A stretch of 51,957 bases of DNA from an uncultured bacterium. Its GTDB lineage: Bacteria > Fidelibacterota > Marinisomatia > Marinisomatales > AB-629-J13. This document shows, in pieces, positions 22,623 to 33,319 of the stretch. The stretch is from assembly GCA_964496365.1 (NCBI GenBank), contig CAZBZK010000005.1, positions 1 to 51,957 of the forward strand, read 5' to 3'. Made by a program: the position numbers and the translations under genes. Position 1 is the stretch's first letter. Each line of letters opens with the position of its first letter. The notes below the pieces were generated by a model. The model was not told where the DNA came from. It worked only from the letters and a program-made list of their open reading frames with translations, and made no database searches.

Positions 22623-23425
22623 TGTAATTTTCCCGACTCAACAATATTTAATTCAACCCAGTTTGATTCAGCTCCTGCAACGTCGTGGTCATTGCTGGTA
22701 GTAATCCCATTCCCTAATCGCAACGCTTTTATTTTCCAATAATACTTGCCCGGATTTAATAATTCATTTATTCCCTGATGGTCAATACAACCGAAACCAT
22801 TTATGGGATATTCAAAAGAAACCAGTTCCCCATCATTAAGAAAATTAGGGTTTAAAAACAAACAGCTCCATTGCCCTTGTCCCCATTCATTTTCGATTTT
22901 AATCAAATAATAACTGGTAATATGGCTGGTATTTTGATCATCTATCCATTGAAATTTTAATTGAGTTGAAAATTCAGATTCAAAAGTTGGCACCGCTAAA
23001 GGTTTCTTTAATAATTGATAGGTGATTGTGTCCGATGGATGACTTTCGACGCCTTCGAATGATCTCGTGGTTAAATAGTAAAAATAGTTCAAATATACAT
23101 TTGGAGTTTCATCAATGTAAAAAGTGTCAGTTTCCGAGATGAACACATTTGAAAATTCTATTGGGGTATTTTGTTCATCGGTAACATCGGATCGAAAAAC
23201 TTTGTATTGTTGAATATCATTTTCAGAATCCAAATACCACATGAGTTTAATGGAATTTTGGGTTGGATTCTGCAAATTAATATTGTGAGCATCAATTCCT
23301 CGTTCTTCCAAATCTGTTGGTAGAGATTTTTCTACCCAACGAGGAGAGGGTAGACGAAGGTCATTCCTTTCTTGTGAACATCCAATAAAAAAAGTCATAA
23401 TGAACATAATAGTCAACCGATTCAT
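22619..23425 (-). CDS. Putative lipoprotein with fibronectin type III-like domains
   Basis: Lipobox FIGC; SIKLMW...YKVFRS...FYID...YFYYLT..ESHPSD and GKYYWKIKA patterns typical of FN3/Ig folds. Confidence 0.6.
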   Translation of the reverse strand: MNRLTIMFIMTFFIGCSQERNDLRLPSPRWVEKSLPTDLEERGIDAHNINLQNPTQNSIKLMWYLDSENDIQQYKVFRSDVTDEQNTPIEFSNVFISETDTFYIDETPNVYLNYFYYLTTRSFEGVESHPSDTITYQLLKKPLAVPTFESEFSTQLKFQWIDDQNTSHITSYYLIKIENEWGQGQWSCLFLNPNFLNDGELVSFEYPINGFGCIDHQGINELLNPGKYYWKIKALRLGNGITTSNDHDVAGAESNWVELNIVESGKLH

Positions 23426-24423
23426 GATATCAATAGTATTAAATCGAATCTATGGGATTTGCCCAAATCATGTTGCATAAAACTATATCCCAATTCTACA
23501 ATCTGGTTAAATATTGAAAATTCGAATCCTAACCCTCCGTGGTGACCAGATTCATCCCAGCCAGTCCTCAATGCTATTTTATTCCATATCTCAAATTCCA
23601 GACCAAATTGAGATATTTCCTCATTTATGTTCTGTGTTTGGAATAGTATTAGCACATCAATTGGGATGAACAATAATGATTGTTTATATGACGCTCCCCA
23701 AATTAATGTCATGGGAATAATTTCTTCTTTTTCTGAACTCCAAAACAATTTGGTATCCATCAAATTTGAAACCGTACCTCCCAAGGTAAATAGTCCTAAA
23801 TTTTCGAATAAAAATACATGATTCAAAGGGATTTGTATCATTCCACCTAAATCAAATCCTAATCCCCTTCCCTTTATTTTATGAAGGGATTTGTGAATAT
23901 ACCGCATGTTCACTCCAATAGGTAATTTGACTGGAATTTGGTTAATTTGCCAACCCAAATCCAAATTGGTTTCAAATAATCTTGATAGAGTTAACGTCCA
24001 AGCTGATTCCTTATTGGAAAATGAGCTAAACCCCCGAGACACTAAAGTTCGAATCGAATCTCTCCGTGTTTCTAAATCAAAGATTCCCTGAAGATCTGGA
24101 CGTTCCAAAATATGGTCAATCAATAAGTTAAGTCCATGAAATCCGAATTTTGTATTTTTTCCTATCCCCTTCGAGATACTAAATGAAAAATAATTTGCCA
24201 ATGAAAATTGATTAACCGCCAATAATGAAAACGACGAATTTGTTGACAAGGCGGATCCACCTGGATTCATTAGATATGTTTGCGGGTGTGATGGCAAAGC
24301 TACAACTGCTTGTCCCATGCCTATGCTTCTGGTCGATGTTCCAAGTTTCAAAAAGGAATCAGCATATTTAGATTGGGTAAGAGCGAATCCATTTAAAATG
24401 ATGATACAAATTATCATTTTCAT
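23422..24423 (-). CDS. PorV/PorQ-like (FadL-fold) outer membrane beta-barrel
   Basis: Signal peptide then FLKLGTSTRSIGMGQAVVA...NPGG; GLGFDLGG, IALRTGW, LGYSF..HDLGKSHRF; directly downstream of the C25 peptidase. Confidence 0.75.
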   Translation of the reverse strand: MKMIICIIILNGFALTQSKYADSFLKLGTSTRSIGMGQAVVALPSHPQTYLMNPGGSALSTNSSFSLLAVNQFSLANYFSFSISKGIGKNTKFGFHGLNLLIDHILERPDLQGIFDLETRRDSIRTLVSRGFSSFSNKESAWTLTLSRLFETNLDLGWQINQIPVKLPIGVNMRYIHKSLHKIKGRGLGFDLGGMIQIPLNHVFLFENLGLFTLGGTVSNLMDTKLFWSSEKEEIIPMTLIWGASYKQSLLFIPIDVLILFQTQNINEEISQFGLEFEIWNKIALRTGWDESGHHGGLGFEFSIFNQIVELGYSFMQHDLGKSHRFDLILLIS

Positions 24424-27400
24424 CTTGCTTTAGCAATTTTTCCAATTTGTTCCAAAGTAATGTCATTTTTGTATCCTACCATTCGATAAAAGTAAACCCC
24501 GTTTCCTACTAATTCGCCCCATTCATCTCTCCCATCCCACATAATTTCGTGATAAGAACCCGATTCTAAATTTCGATCTGTGGAACCAGTCGTAAACCGC
24601 CGGATTCGTTTTCCCGTTACCGTAAATATATCAAGATAAAAATTGTCGCATTCGTCTGTCAATTCATAGGCAAACCATGTCCTAGTTTCAAATGGATTCG
24701 GATAATTTCCATAATCAATCAATTCTAGTTCCGATTTGACTAAAAAAGTTAAATGAAGCGTATCAGACCAATTTCCACGAGCATCGCTAATCAAAACCTT
24801 TATTGAAGAATCCATAGAGGTTAATCTTGGTCTTATTTGTATGGATAATTCATTTCCATTTCCCGAAATTTGGTCCACATTTATAGAGTCCATTTCATTT
24901 AACCACACCTTCATTCCAGATTGACGATGATCCAAACCATTTTCATCTGTTGCAGTAATATGTATCAAAGGATTGGATGATACGTAACTATCCTGAAAAA
25001 ACTTTTGCCCGTTTAATGCTGCTTCCAATCTAGGGGGTGTTTCATCGGTTGAATTCAAAAATGCAACTTGAATCGGTCCTTTATCTGTAAAAGTCGCATA
25101 TCCATCTGAAATGGTGAAAGGAATTGGGAGCCATGTATTAAACGATTCGTAATATCGATGTAAAGAAAGCGAATCCTCTATTTCACTCATCATTCGCCAT
25201 GTTAATTCATATTCCATTTCCTCCGGAGTTAGTAATCTAATTGCATCTCTTAGGGTATCTACAATCTGAATTTGGAATTCCGGTTGCAAGGATAAGTTTA
25301 CTTGATTAAGTACTTCAAACTCAACTAATCCACTTCCGTTTTGGATAAATACATCAACATTTCTAACTCCTATCGAATCATTTTCTAATCCGAAAAATGC
25401 TTGAGTTTCCATGGAAGTCAATAATGTATCATTTACGTGAGTTACTGTAGAATCCTCACTTGCAGAAATTACCCGATATTCGAACACACCCCTCGGAATT
25501 GAAACTGGTATGTACATTCCTTTTTTTTCTTTCCCATTAAATGATAATGGAAAAATCCCAATTGAATCCCAATTTCCTGATTCCGATTTTCTGTCAATAA
25601 TAACGGTCGAGTAGCCCAAGCTTGGATAAAGGTTCTCGATCTCCGCTTTTAGTTGAACGCTGTCTGTTGTAACAAATTCAAGAGAATTGGGTCTAAAATC
25701 TGCCAAAGGCATGATATCAACCTGTTCAATATCTCCCTGAATTATGCTTCCCGAATCTTCTTTTACTTCCAAAGAAACTGTTATTGTTTGATTGGGATTT
25801 TGTGGAAGAACTTTAACCAAAATTGATTGGTCGGTCATGGAATCAAAACTGATATGTTTATAAGGAGCCCCATTGATATTTAGAAAAACAGAATCAGTGG
25901 ATTGTACTCCTGCAATAATACAATCTACCAAGAGACTGTCCTTATAGGTAATCATATTTGGTTCTATACTTACTATTTGAAGGATTGGCGTTCCACCAAT
26001 TAATATTAATGGTTTGGACCCGTGAGTAATTTTGGTTCCAGATTTCGCAGAAAGATTAATGTGATACAACCCACTATTCATGGAGTCCGAAAGTAAAAAT
26101 GATTCCTGATATACGTGAGGATCTAAATGAATTGGATGATTTTCAGAATCAAAAATTTGATAATAAACAGAATCATTCATCCCTTGAGTTAATTCAATAT
26201 TTTTTTCCTGATCAAAAGGCACTATATCTGGAGATATTTGAAAATTTCCATTTCCATTTTTCTTTAATTTCAGCATGGGATCACCACTCAAATTGAACTG
26301 ATAAACTTGAGTTTTTGCAATGTCAGGATAGGATGTATTGGAAGAAATAAATTCTATTTTCCCATTATTTATTATATCTCCTAAAGATAATTCATCTCCA
26401 CTGAAAAGATATTGGTGGATGGGTTCTAAAAGTAAAAAATCATTCTGAATCCATCCGACCCCTGAACTACCGAACCATGCGACTGCACCACTATTCTCCT
26501 GAGTAACCATTCGTCTCCCCAAAGCATTGGGATTAGTTACGTCACCTGTAAAACAAGTCATGCTGGTAACAAAGGGAAGTTTATTCGAATTATAAAGATG
26601 ATCCAGTGCATCCAATGTCAGTAATGAACGGTCTCCCCAAACCGCTCCTCCACCGTGACCTAAAAAATTAACATAGCTCAATCCGGATGTTAAATGGGCT
26701 AACAGAGTTTCGGACCCTCCAAAATATGGACCTGTTTCAGACGTCACATCAATATATAACCGTTTAGGGAAAAACCCATTTTGGACTAAATTCCCCATTA
26801 AAAGTTCAGATTGAATTTTAAATTCAGGTTCATAACCCGCAATGAGTAACTGGTTGTTATGCCAAAATTTATCTTCTTGTAAGTGATAAGACATGGTTTT
26901 TTCTACCATGTTTTCAAGTTCACGAGTGTTAGATACTGGAAATCTTCCTATGGAAAATTCTGGAATTAAATCATCCCCTTCCACACAAGAATACCAAAAA
27001 TCTGACGAAGCAGCACCCCACCCAACGGTTTGTATTTTCATAGAGGGGATGAAGGCACTCGAATTATCAAATCCTGTTGCATCTTTATTAATATTTTCTC
27101 CTTGCATACCAATCAATACTGCTTTAAGCATTCCATTATGATTCAAATATATGTCTCGCAAATAGTTTTTAATTCCATAAGGAGATAATTTACCGTGTGA
27201 ATATTGACGATAAATTTCATCGATATCAATGAGCAATCCACCGTGAAATTCGACGAGCGGTTGCAATGAAGTGTGAAATGAGTCTGGTGCGATTACAATG
27301 TATTCAGATGCAATTTCACCCAGCGGACTACTCATTGGAACCATGGGAATTATTTGTTTTACGGTATCCAAAACCAATTCTGAAAACACATGATACTCAG

Positions 27401-29036
27401 TTCCTGAATACACGATTTCATCCTGAAAACGTGCAGAGTAAGTCTGGGTCATTTCATCTTCTATAATAAGGAAACCATTTAAATTGGAAACACCTTCTTT
27501 AAAAATATAAATGGACTCCGAATCAAATCCCCGAACCGTAAATTCCATTAAGCCAGAATTATTTTCTCCTATGGTAAATTGAATAAATTCCCGATCCGTT
27601 AAAAAGAATCTATCATAAGTAACATCCACCCAATTTAAATATACTTGATCATAACTGGAGTTTTCGTGAGGACTTTCTAAATTGATGATTGAAAAAACAT
27701 TTAAACCATTTAATATAGGAATTGGATTTATTTCACCACTTTCTCCCCATAATTGATGAGTTGATTGTCCGTTCCACGATTGACTTTCACCTATAAGGTG
27801 ATCATTCCACTGCATAGAAATAATATGAGTACTACTGGTAATTCCCTGAATTTCAGCGGTCAGTTGAAAAGTGTTTGTTGCAGGATAGTCCATTTCAATC
27901 ATAAAATCAACTGAAGTCCCGCTATTCACAGGAGGATTCATAAAAAAATGGTCGAAACTATCCCATCGGTGATGAAGTTTGTCTTCAACTTGACCCAGAC
28001 GGGCAAAATGTTCATTTTTTTCAAAATGAACCTTTTGGGTAAAATAAATTGGTTTTTTCCAATCGGGTAATTCCACAGACGGATGAGCATTTTTTTGACT
28101 ATATCGTAATCCGTAATTATCGCCCCATGTTAACCAGTACACATTCTCACCAGAATAAAAATTGGTACTATAAGGTGCATTTTTGGGCACTGAATTATTA
28201 TGACCTTTGAATATTATTTGATCAGTATAATTAAAGATTCCATCTTGTTCACCTTCAATAAACATCATTATTTCTTCATTTTCATTCCATAATTGAAAAA
28301 ATTGCGGATTTACATTTTGAAAGTTGACTCCATTTTCTTCAAGGTCTGATTTTGTTATTCGATACCACTGTGTAGAATCAACTATTATTTTAACCAGATT
28401 TTCAGACCAATGATAATCTGGTAATTGATTTGTAGCTCTAAACATCGGATATTTTGAGATCAAATTTTGACCACCTTTATCAGATAAAATGGTCGTTTGA
28501 CTAGTGGTGGGTTCCGGTGGGAACGAAAATTGAATGGTAATCTGTTTTATCCAAGTTAATATTCCATCTGAATGAGAAATCGGATAAATTTTTAATACTG
28601 AACATTGATTTCCCTTGATGCTTGGATGAGAAACAAGTTCTACAATATCTCCAGATTCATGAACCATAGGTTGGGGAACATCATTAGATGATAAATTCAT
28701 TCCTTTCGGTGCCTCAGATATTGCATTTGTCAGCTGATGTGAAACCGAAATATGTCGCTCTTCACTAGGAAACCATATGATTTGGGCCGTAGAAGGGACA
28801 CCCACTAGTGTTTCTGAAAAATACGGTAGAGTTACATAGCCGGGGCGAATCCATGATTTTAATTTAGGGGATGTATGAATCCGATAATCATTACCAACCC
28901 AAACTGAGTCTATTTCTGCTGTTAAAATCAAGTTCCCCGGTTGATTCACTTGGATGGTGATTCGAGGAGTGGATAATAGGACTGTGGATAAAACAAGAAA
29001 CAGTAAAAAAAAAATTGATTTTTGCCCATCAACCAT
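24420..29036 (-). CDS. Gingipain-family (C25) peptidase, PorU-like, with C-terminal FlgD-Ig/T9SS-type sorting domain
   Basis: EYIVIAP, SDFWY, SIGRFP, VNFLGHGG (His) and TSMTCFTG (Cys) dyad, LSGDP; C-terminal GNYPNPF...DIFTVTGKRIR...WDGRD..G..VGNGVYFYR. Confidence 0.85.
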   Translation of the reverse strand: MVDGQKSIFFLLFLVLSTVLLSTPRITIQVNQPGNLILTAEIDSVWVGNDYRIHTSPKLKSWIRPGYVTLPYFSETLVGVPSTAQIIWFPSEERHISVSHQLTNAISEAPKGMNLSSNDVPQPMVHESGDIVELVSHPSIKGNQCSVLKIYPISHSDGILTWIKQITIQFSFPPEPTTSQTTILSDKGGQNLISKYPMFRATNQLPDYHWSENLVKIIVDSTQWYRITKSDLEENGVNFQNVNPQFFQLWNENEEIMMFIEGEQDGIFNYTDQIIFKGHNNSVPKNAPYSTNFYSGENVYWLTWGDNYGLRYSQKNAHPSVELPDWKKPIYFTQKVHFEKNEHFARLGQVEDKLHHRWDSFDHFFMNPPVNSGTSVDFMIEMDYPATNTFQLTAEIQGITSSTHIISMQWNDHLIGESQSWNGQSTHQLWGESGEINPIPILNGLNVFSIINLESPHENSSYDQVYLNWVDVTYDRFFLTDREFIQFTIGENNSGLMEFTVRGFDSESIYIFKEGVSNLNGFLIIEDEMTQTYSARFQDEIVYSGTEYHVFSELVLDTVKQIIPMVPMSSPLGEIASEYIVIAPDSFHTSLQPLVEFHGGLLIDIDEIYRQYSHGKLSPYGIKNYLRDIYLNHNGMLKAVLIGMQGENINKDATGFDNSSAFIPSMKIQTVGWGAASSDFWYSCVEGDDLIPEFSIGRFPVSNTRELENMVEKTMSYHLQEDKFWHNNQLLIAGYEPEFKIQSELLMGNLVQNGFFPKRLYIDVTSETGPYFGGSETLLAHLTSGLSYVNFLGHGGGAVWGDRSLLTLDALDHLYNSNKLPFVTSMTCFTGDVTNPNALGRRMVTQENSGAVAWFGSSGVGWIQNDFLLLEPIHQYLFSGDELSLGDIINNGKIEFISSNTSYPDIAKTQVYQFNLSGDPMLKLKKNGNGNFQISPDIVPFDQEKNIELTQGMNDSVYYQIFDSENHPIHLDPHVYQESFLLSDSMNSGLYHINLSAKSGTKITHGSKPLILIGGTPILQIVSIEPNMITYKDSLLVDCIIAGVQSTDSVFLNINGAPYKHISFDSMTDQSILVKVLPQNPNQTITVSLEVKEDSGSIIQGDIEQVDIMPLADFRPNSLEFVTTDSVQLKAEIENLYPSLGYSTVIIDRKSESGNWDSIGIFPLSFNGKEKKGMYIPVSIPRGVFEYRVISASEDSTVTHVNDTLLTSMETQAFFGLENDSIGVRNVDVFIQNGSGLVEFEVLNQVNLSLQPEFQIQIVDTLRDAIRLLTPEEMEYELTWRMMSEIEDSLSLHRYYESFNTWLPIPFTISDGYATFTDKGPIQVAFLNSTDETPPRLEAALNGQKFFQDSYVSSNPLIHITATDENGLDHRQSGMKVWLNEMDSINVDQISGNGNELSIQIRPRLTSMDSSIKVLISDARGNWSDTLHLTFLVKSELELIDYGNYPNPFETRTWFAYELTDECDNFYLDIFTVTGKRIRRFTTGSTDRNLESGSYHEIMWDGRDEWGELVGNGVYFYRMVGYKNDITLEQIGKIAKAR

Positions 29037-29050
29037 GAGGATTGATTGGC

Positions 29051-29827
29051 TTAATCGCCGGAAGAAATAAACATTTCTGAATTCAAAAATCGTCTTAAAT
29101 CCATTTCATCCATCCCGATATGAGAAAATTTTCCGTCCTCCGCAATAGATACTCTGGCTGTCTCTTCTGATACAAGAATGATAATAGCATCTGTTTCTTC
29201 TGATAATCCCAATCCGGCTCGATGACGGGTACCCATTCCTGGATTGATTGTTGTGCTTTCGCTTAATGGAAGAATACACCCCGCTGATTCGATGATATCA
29301 TTTTGTATGATGACGGCTCCATCATGAAGTGGAGAACCAGGATTAAAAATACTTAACAGGAGACCTGTTGAAACTTCAGCTTTTAAGGGTGTACCCGATT
29401 CTTTATAAGAACGCAATCCGGTTTCCCTTTGTATAACGATAAGTGCACCCCATTTTTTTTCGATCAATAATTGAATGGATTGGACCAAAGATTCAATGGT
29501 TTGGGATGTACCCACCCTGAATATTTTTTGAAAAAATCGATGTTGCCCAACGTATATCAGTAATCGTCTGATTTCTGGTTGAAATAGTATGACAAACGCC
29601 ACAACCCAAACTGTTTGAAATCGGTTAACCAACCAAGATGTTGCCTGCATCCCTGATGCATTGAATAAAAACGATCCGATGAGTAATATGATTAATCCGA
29701 CCAACATTTGTCCCGCTCGTGTTCCTTTAAAATATTGGTAAACCATGTAAAAAATCCAACTCACTAATAATAAGTCCACCACATCTACTAAAGTAACCGT
29801 GATGAATCCAATCTTAAATAGAGTCAT
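29051..29827 (-). CDS. cdaA: Diadenylate cyclase (c-di-AMP synthase), CdaA type
   Basis: Three N-terminal TM helices, ILFQPEIRR, PLHDGA and GTRHRA catalytic motifs, VSEET. Confidence 0.94.
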   Translation of the reverse strand: MTLFKIGFITVTLVDVVDLLLVSWIFYMVYQYFKGTRAGQMLVGLIILLIGSFLFNASGMQATSWLVNRFQTVWVVAFVILFQPEIRRLLIYVGQHRFFQKIFRVGTSQTIESLVQSIQLLIEKKWGALIVIQRETGLRSYKESGTPLKAEVSTGLLLSIFNPGSPLHDGAVIIQNDIIESAGCILPLSESTTINPGMGTRHRAGLGLSEETDAIIILVSEETARVSIAEDGKFSHIGMDEMDLRRFLNSEMFISSGD

Positions 29828-30672
29828 GTTTTAATGCTTAATCCTTTTATCTTATCTAAAATGATGACAGCTCGTTTTACTTCCTTCACATCATGTACCC
29901 TGACGATGGAAGCTCCATTTAACACACCAGCGGACACTGCGGCTAACGTGCCTTCTAATCTGTCATTTTCTGGTAAATTAAGAGATGAACCAATAAACGA
30001 TTTTCTTGATGGTCCTATTAAAATGGGACATTGAAAAATGGAAAATTTTCTCAAATAACGAATCAATTTAAAATTATCGTCTAATGTTTTCCCGAACCCA
30101 ATTCCCGGATCAATTATAATATTTTCAGGCTTAATCCCAAAATCAACTGCTTTTTGGATATTAAATGAAAAATAGTCCAAGATGTCCTTAATTAAATCGT
30201 GATACACTGGATTGGTTTGCATGGTTAACGGTTTTCCTTTCATGTGCATCAAAACAATTGCCACTTTATTTTTCTTAACCGAATCCATCATTTTTTTGTC
30301 AGAGGTCATTCCACTAATATCATTAATAAAATTTGCCCCAGCTGATATGGCTTCTTGTGCCACTTCCGATTTATATGTATCGATTGATAGGGTGATATTG
30401 GATAATTTTCTAATCGCCTTTATGACAGGTAGCGTACGGCTTATTTCAGTTTCTACCGAAACGGGTTCAGCACCCGGACGGGTTGATTCTCCCCCAATAT
30501 CAATAATATCTGCACCATTTTTTTCCATTTGAATAGCATGTGCAACCGCTTTATCGAGATGATTAAATCTTCCACCATCGCTAAATGAATCAGGTGTTGT
30601 ATTCAAAACACCCATCACCAAGGTGTTCCGTCGAGGAGGCTTCAACCAATTTTTAAATTGATTATCGTCCAT
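29824..30672 (-). CDS. folP: Dihydropteroate synthase
   Basis: MGVLNTTPDSFSDGG, IDIGGESTRPG, IDPGIGFGK, SRKSF, VRVHDV. Confidence 0.97.
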   Translation of the reverse strand: MDDNQFKNWLKPPRRNTLVMGVLNTTPDSFSDGGRFNHLDKAVAHAIQMEKNGADIIDIGGESTRPGAEPVSVETEISRTLPVIKAIRKLSNITLSIDTYKSEVAQEAISAGANFINDISGMTSDKKMMDSVKKNKVAIVLMHMKGKPLTMQTNPVYHDLIKDILDYFSFNIQKAVDFGIKPENIIIDPGIGFGKTLDDNFKLIRYLRKFSIFQCPILIGPSRKSFIGSSLNLPENDRLEGTLAAVSAGVLNGASIVRVHDVKEVKRAVIILDKIKGLSIKT

Positions 30673-30710
30673 CTTGAATTAAATTTAACTTATAACTAAA
30701 GAATGAACGA

Positions 30711-32774
30711 TTAGGCTGGGGCAGTTTCGGGTTTAAGAAATGGTTGTTTTTTTTGTTTTTTAGGAGCAACTTTGGGTATTTTTTTCCTCTTTTTTCGTTG
30801 TCGAATTGGTTTTTTCCTAATTACTTTTTTTCCATCTAATATTCTTTTCAAATCACGTTCATCTATGGTTTCATGCTCCAATAATTCCTCTGCGATTCGA
30901 TTCAAAATTGGTTTATCTTGATTTAATATTTTGTTAGCCGAATTTTGTGCTTTACGAACAATTCTTACGATTTCCTCATCAATTAATCTCGCAGTTACTT
31001 CACTATAATCACGATGAGATTGTATTTCTCTCCCCAAAAATATTTCTTCATTTTTTTTACCGAATGTCATGGGACCCAATACATCACTCATTCCCCATTC
31101 GCATACCATTTTTCTGGCGATTTTTGTCGCTTGTTCCAAGTCATTCCCTGCACCGGTAGTCATTTCACCAAAAATAAGTTCTTCTGCAGCCCTGCCTCCC
31201 ATCATTATTCCTAACCTCCCTTCGATATAATTTCGTGTATAACCATGTTTTTCATCAAGGGGTAACTGCATTGTCAAACCCAATGCTCTTCCTCTGGGGA
31301 TGATGGTTACCTTATGGACAGGATCAGCTCCTTCTGTTTTTGAAGCAACTAGTGCATGTCCTGCTTCATGGAAAGCAGTCACTTTTTTTTCTTCATTTGA
31401 CAAAATCATACTTTTTCGCTGAACTCCCATCATGACCTTGTCAATTGCATCTTCAAAATCGTCCATATCTACAACTTTTTTTCTTTTTCTAGCTGCCAAT
31501 AAAGCAGCTTCATTTACAATATTAGCTAAATCCGCTCCTACCATGCCGGGAGTTCCTTTGGCGATGACTTCCAAATTAACTTTCCGTTTATTTAATAATA
31601 TATTTTTTGCGTGAACTTTTAATATGCCTATCCTACCTCGCACATCCGGAACATCTACAATAATTTGACGATCAAATCTTCCCGGTCTTAAAAGTGCAGA
31701 ATCCAATACATCGGGGCGATTTGTGGCAGACATTACGATTATATTATGATTATTTTCAAATCCATCCAGTTCTACAAGCAGTTGGTTTAACGTTTGTTCT
31801 CGTTCATCGTGCCCCCCCCCAAGACCTGCTCCTCTCTGTCTTCCCACCGCATCTAATTCATCTATGAAAATGATGCACGGGGATTCTTTTTTCCCCTGTT
31901 CGAATAAATCTCTAACTCTGGAAGCACCAACCCCTACAAACATTTCAACAAAATCAGCACCACTAAGAGTGAAAAATGGAACATTTGCCTGTCCTGCGAC
32001 AGCTCTGGCCAACAAGGTTTTTCCTGTTCCGGGAGGACCTACTAATAGTACACCTTTTGGGATTTTTGCTCCCAATTTTCTAAACCGTTTTGGATGTTTA
32101 AGAAATTCAATGACCTCCTTCAATTCCTCTTTTGCTTCCACGCAACCTGCAACATCATTGAAGGTGACCTTATCCTTGCTGTGTTCCCATATTTTTGCCC
32201 TGCTTTTTCCGAAATTAAATACATTGTTAATTCCACCAGCACCGCCTTGCATTCGACGCATGATAAAAATCCAAAATCCAATCAATAATATCCAAGGTAA
32301 CATATTTAAAAAATAGCCTGTCCAATCAATACTTTTTTCCTTGAAACTGTATTCCACGTTGTATTCGTTCCACTCATCCATTACATTCTGATCAATAAAA
32401 GGTAAAACTACCCGAAATTGTGTACTATTTTGTATTGTTCCCATAGGAGTTATAATGGCTTGCGGAGTTTTAAATGTTCCATGAAATGTATTGTCAACGA
32501 ATGTCCCTTCCGCAATGTGGTTGTTGACTAAATATTCTCTATATTGGGAATAATCAATTAGGGGTTCATTTTTGGAGTTTTCAGAAAACATTCCCGAAAA
32601 GAAAATAGCTACAGAAATAATCATTATCCAGAGAAGAGATGTCTTGCCTGCTCGTTTCCATTGAAATTTCTGTTGGTCTAAATTTTTTGACTTCTTCCCG
32701 GTATTTTTTGGGGACGATTTGTTGATATTTCGGAAATTTTTTCCGTTTATGTTTTTATTCTTTTTTTCTTTCAT
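30711..32774 (-). CDS. ftsH: ATP-dependent zinc metalloprotease FtsH
   Basis: Two TM helices, [35 protein letters not shown] and HEAGH. Confidence 0.98.
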   Translation of the reverse strand: MKEKKNKNINGKNFRNINKSSPKNTGKKSKNLDQQKFQWKRAGKTSLLWIMIISVAIFFSGMFSENSKNEPLIDYSQYREYLVNNHIAEGTFVDNTFHGTFKTPQAIITPMGTIQNSTQFRVVLPFIDQNVMDEWNEYNVEYSFKEKSIDWTGYFLNMLPWILLIGFWIFIMRRMQGGAGGINNVFNFGKSRAKIWEHSKDKVTFNDVAGCVEAKEELKEVIEFLKHPKRFRKLGAKIPKGVLLVGPPGTGKTLLARAVAGQANVPFFTLSGADFVEMFVGVGASRVRDLFEQGKKESPCIIFIDELDAVGRQRGAGLGGGHDEREQTLNQLLVELDGFENNHNIIVMSATNRPDVLDSALLRPGRFDRQIIVDVPDVRGRIGILKVHAKNILLNKRKVNLEVIAKGTPGMVGADLANIVNEAALLAARKRKKVVDMDDFEDAIDKVMMGVQRKSMILSNEEKKVTAFHEAGHALVASKTEGADPVHKVTIIPRGRALGLTMQLPLDEKHGYTRNYIEGRLGIMMGGRAAEELIFGEMTTGAGNDLEQATKIARKMVCEWGMSDVLGPMTFGKKNEEIFLGREIQSHRDYSEVTARLIDEEIVRIVRKAQNSANKILNQDKPILNRIAEELLEHETIDERDLKRILDGKKVIRKKPIRQRKKRKKIPKVAPKKQKKQPFLKPETAPA

Positions 32775-33319
32775 GATTTAATTTCATTATCCAATCTGTA
32801 AACTCCGGGTAAATGTCGAAGTTTTTGATTCATATCCAACCCATAACCTACAACATAATCACTGGGAATTTCAAATCCTACAAAATCTATTGAAAAATTT
32901 AATTGTGAGATTTCCGGTTTATAAAGAAATGAAGCAATAGTAATTGACTTTGGATTTGCCCCTTCCAGTCTGCTCTTTAAAAAACGAATGGTTAGTCCTG
33001 AATCAATGATATCTTCCACAATAACTAAATCTCTGCCACTTACATCTGCTGAAATATCTTTCAATAAGTGGACCGTCCCCGTAGAATGGGTATTGTCATA
33101 ACTCGATAATTTTATGAAGTCCATTTCACAGTCAATGGTTAATTCTCTAAGCAAATCAGCTAAAAAAATGAAACTTCCATTTAATACTCCGATAAAAATT
33201 GGAATTTCATCTCGAAATTTTTCTGAGATCTCTATTCCCATTTGTTTTACTCTATTTTGAATTTCTTGTTTAGAAAATAAAGGAGTGAGATTATAACCAT
33301 ATTTTTCTAAAGAATTCAT
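32771..33319 (-). CDS. hpt: Hypoxanthine phosphoribosyltransferase
   Basis: IVEDIIDSGLT PRPP-binding motif, VVGYGLD; tilS-hpt-ftsH order. Confidence 0.95.
   Translation of the reverse strand: MNSLEKYGYNLTPLFSKQEIQNRVKQMGIEISEKFRDEIPIFIGVLNGSFIFLADLLRELTIDCEMDFIKLSSYDNTHSTGTVHLLKDISADVSGRDLVIVEDIIDSGLTIRFLKSRLEGANPKSITIASFLYKPEISQLNFSIDFVGFEIPSDYVVGYGLDMNQKLRHLPGVYRLDNEIKS

Noticed and set aside
31812..31820. G9 tract (minus strand) in ftsH as a phase-variation switch
   Set aside because: It encodes the conserved GGG of [10 protein letters not shown] in frame, in a normally essential gene.
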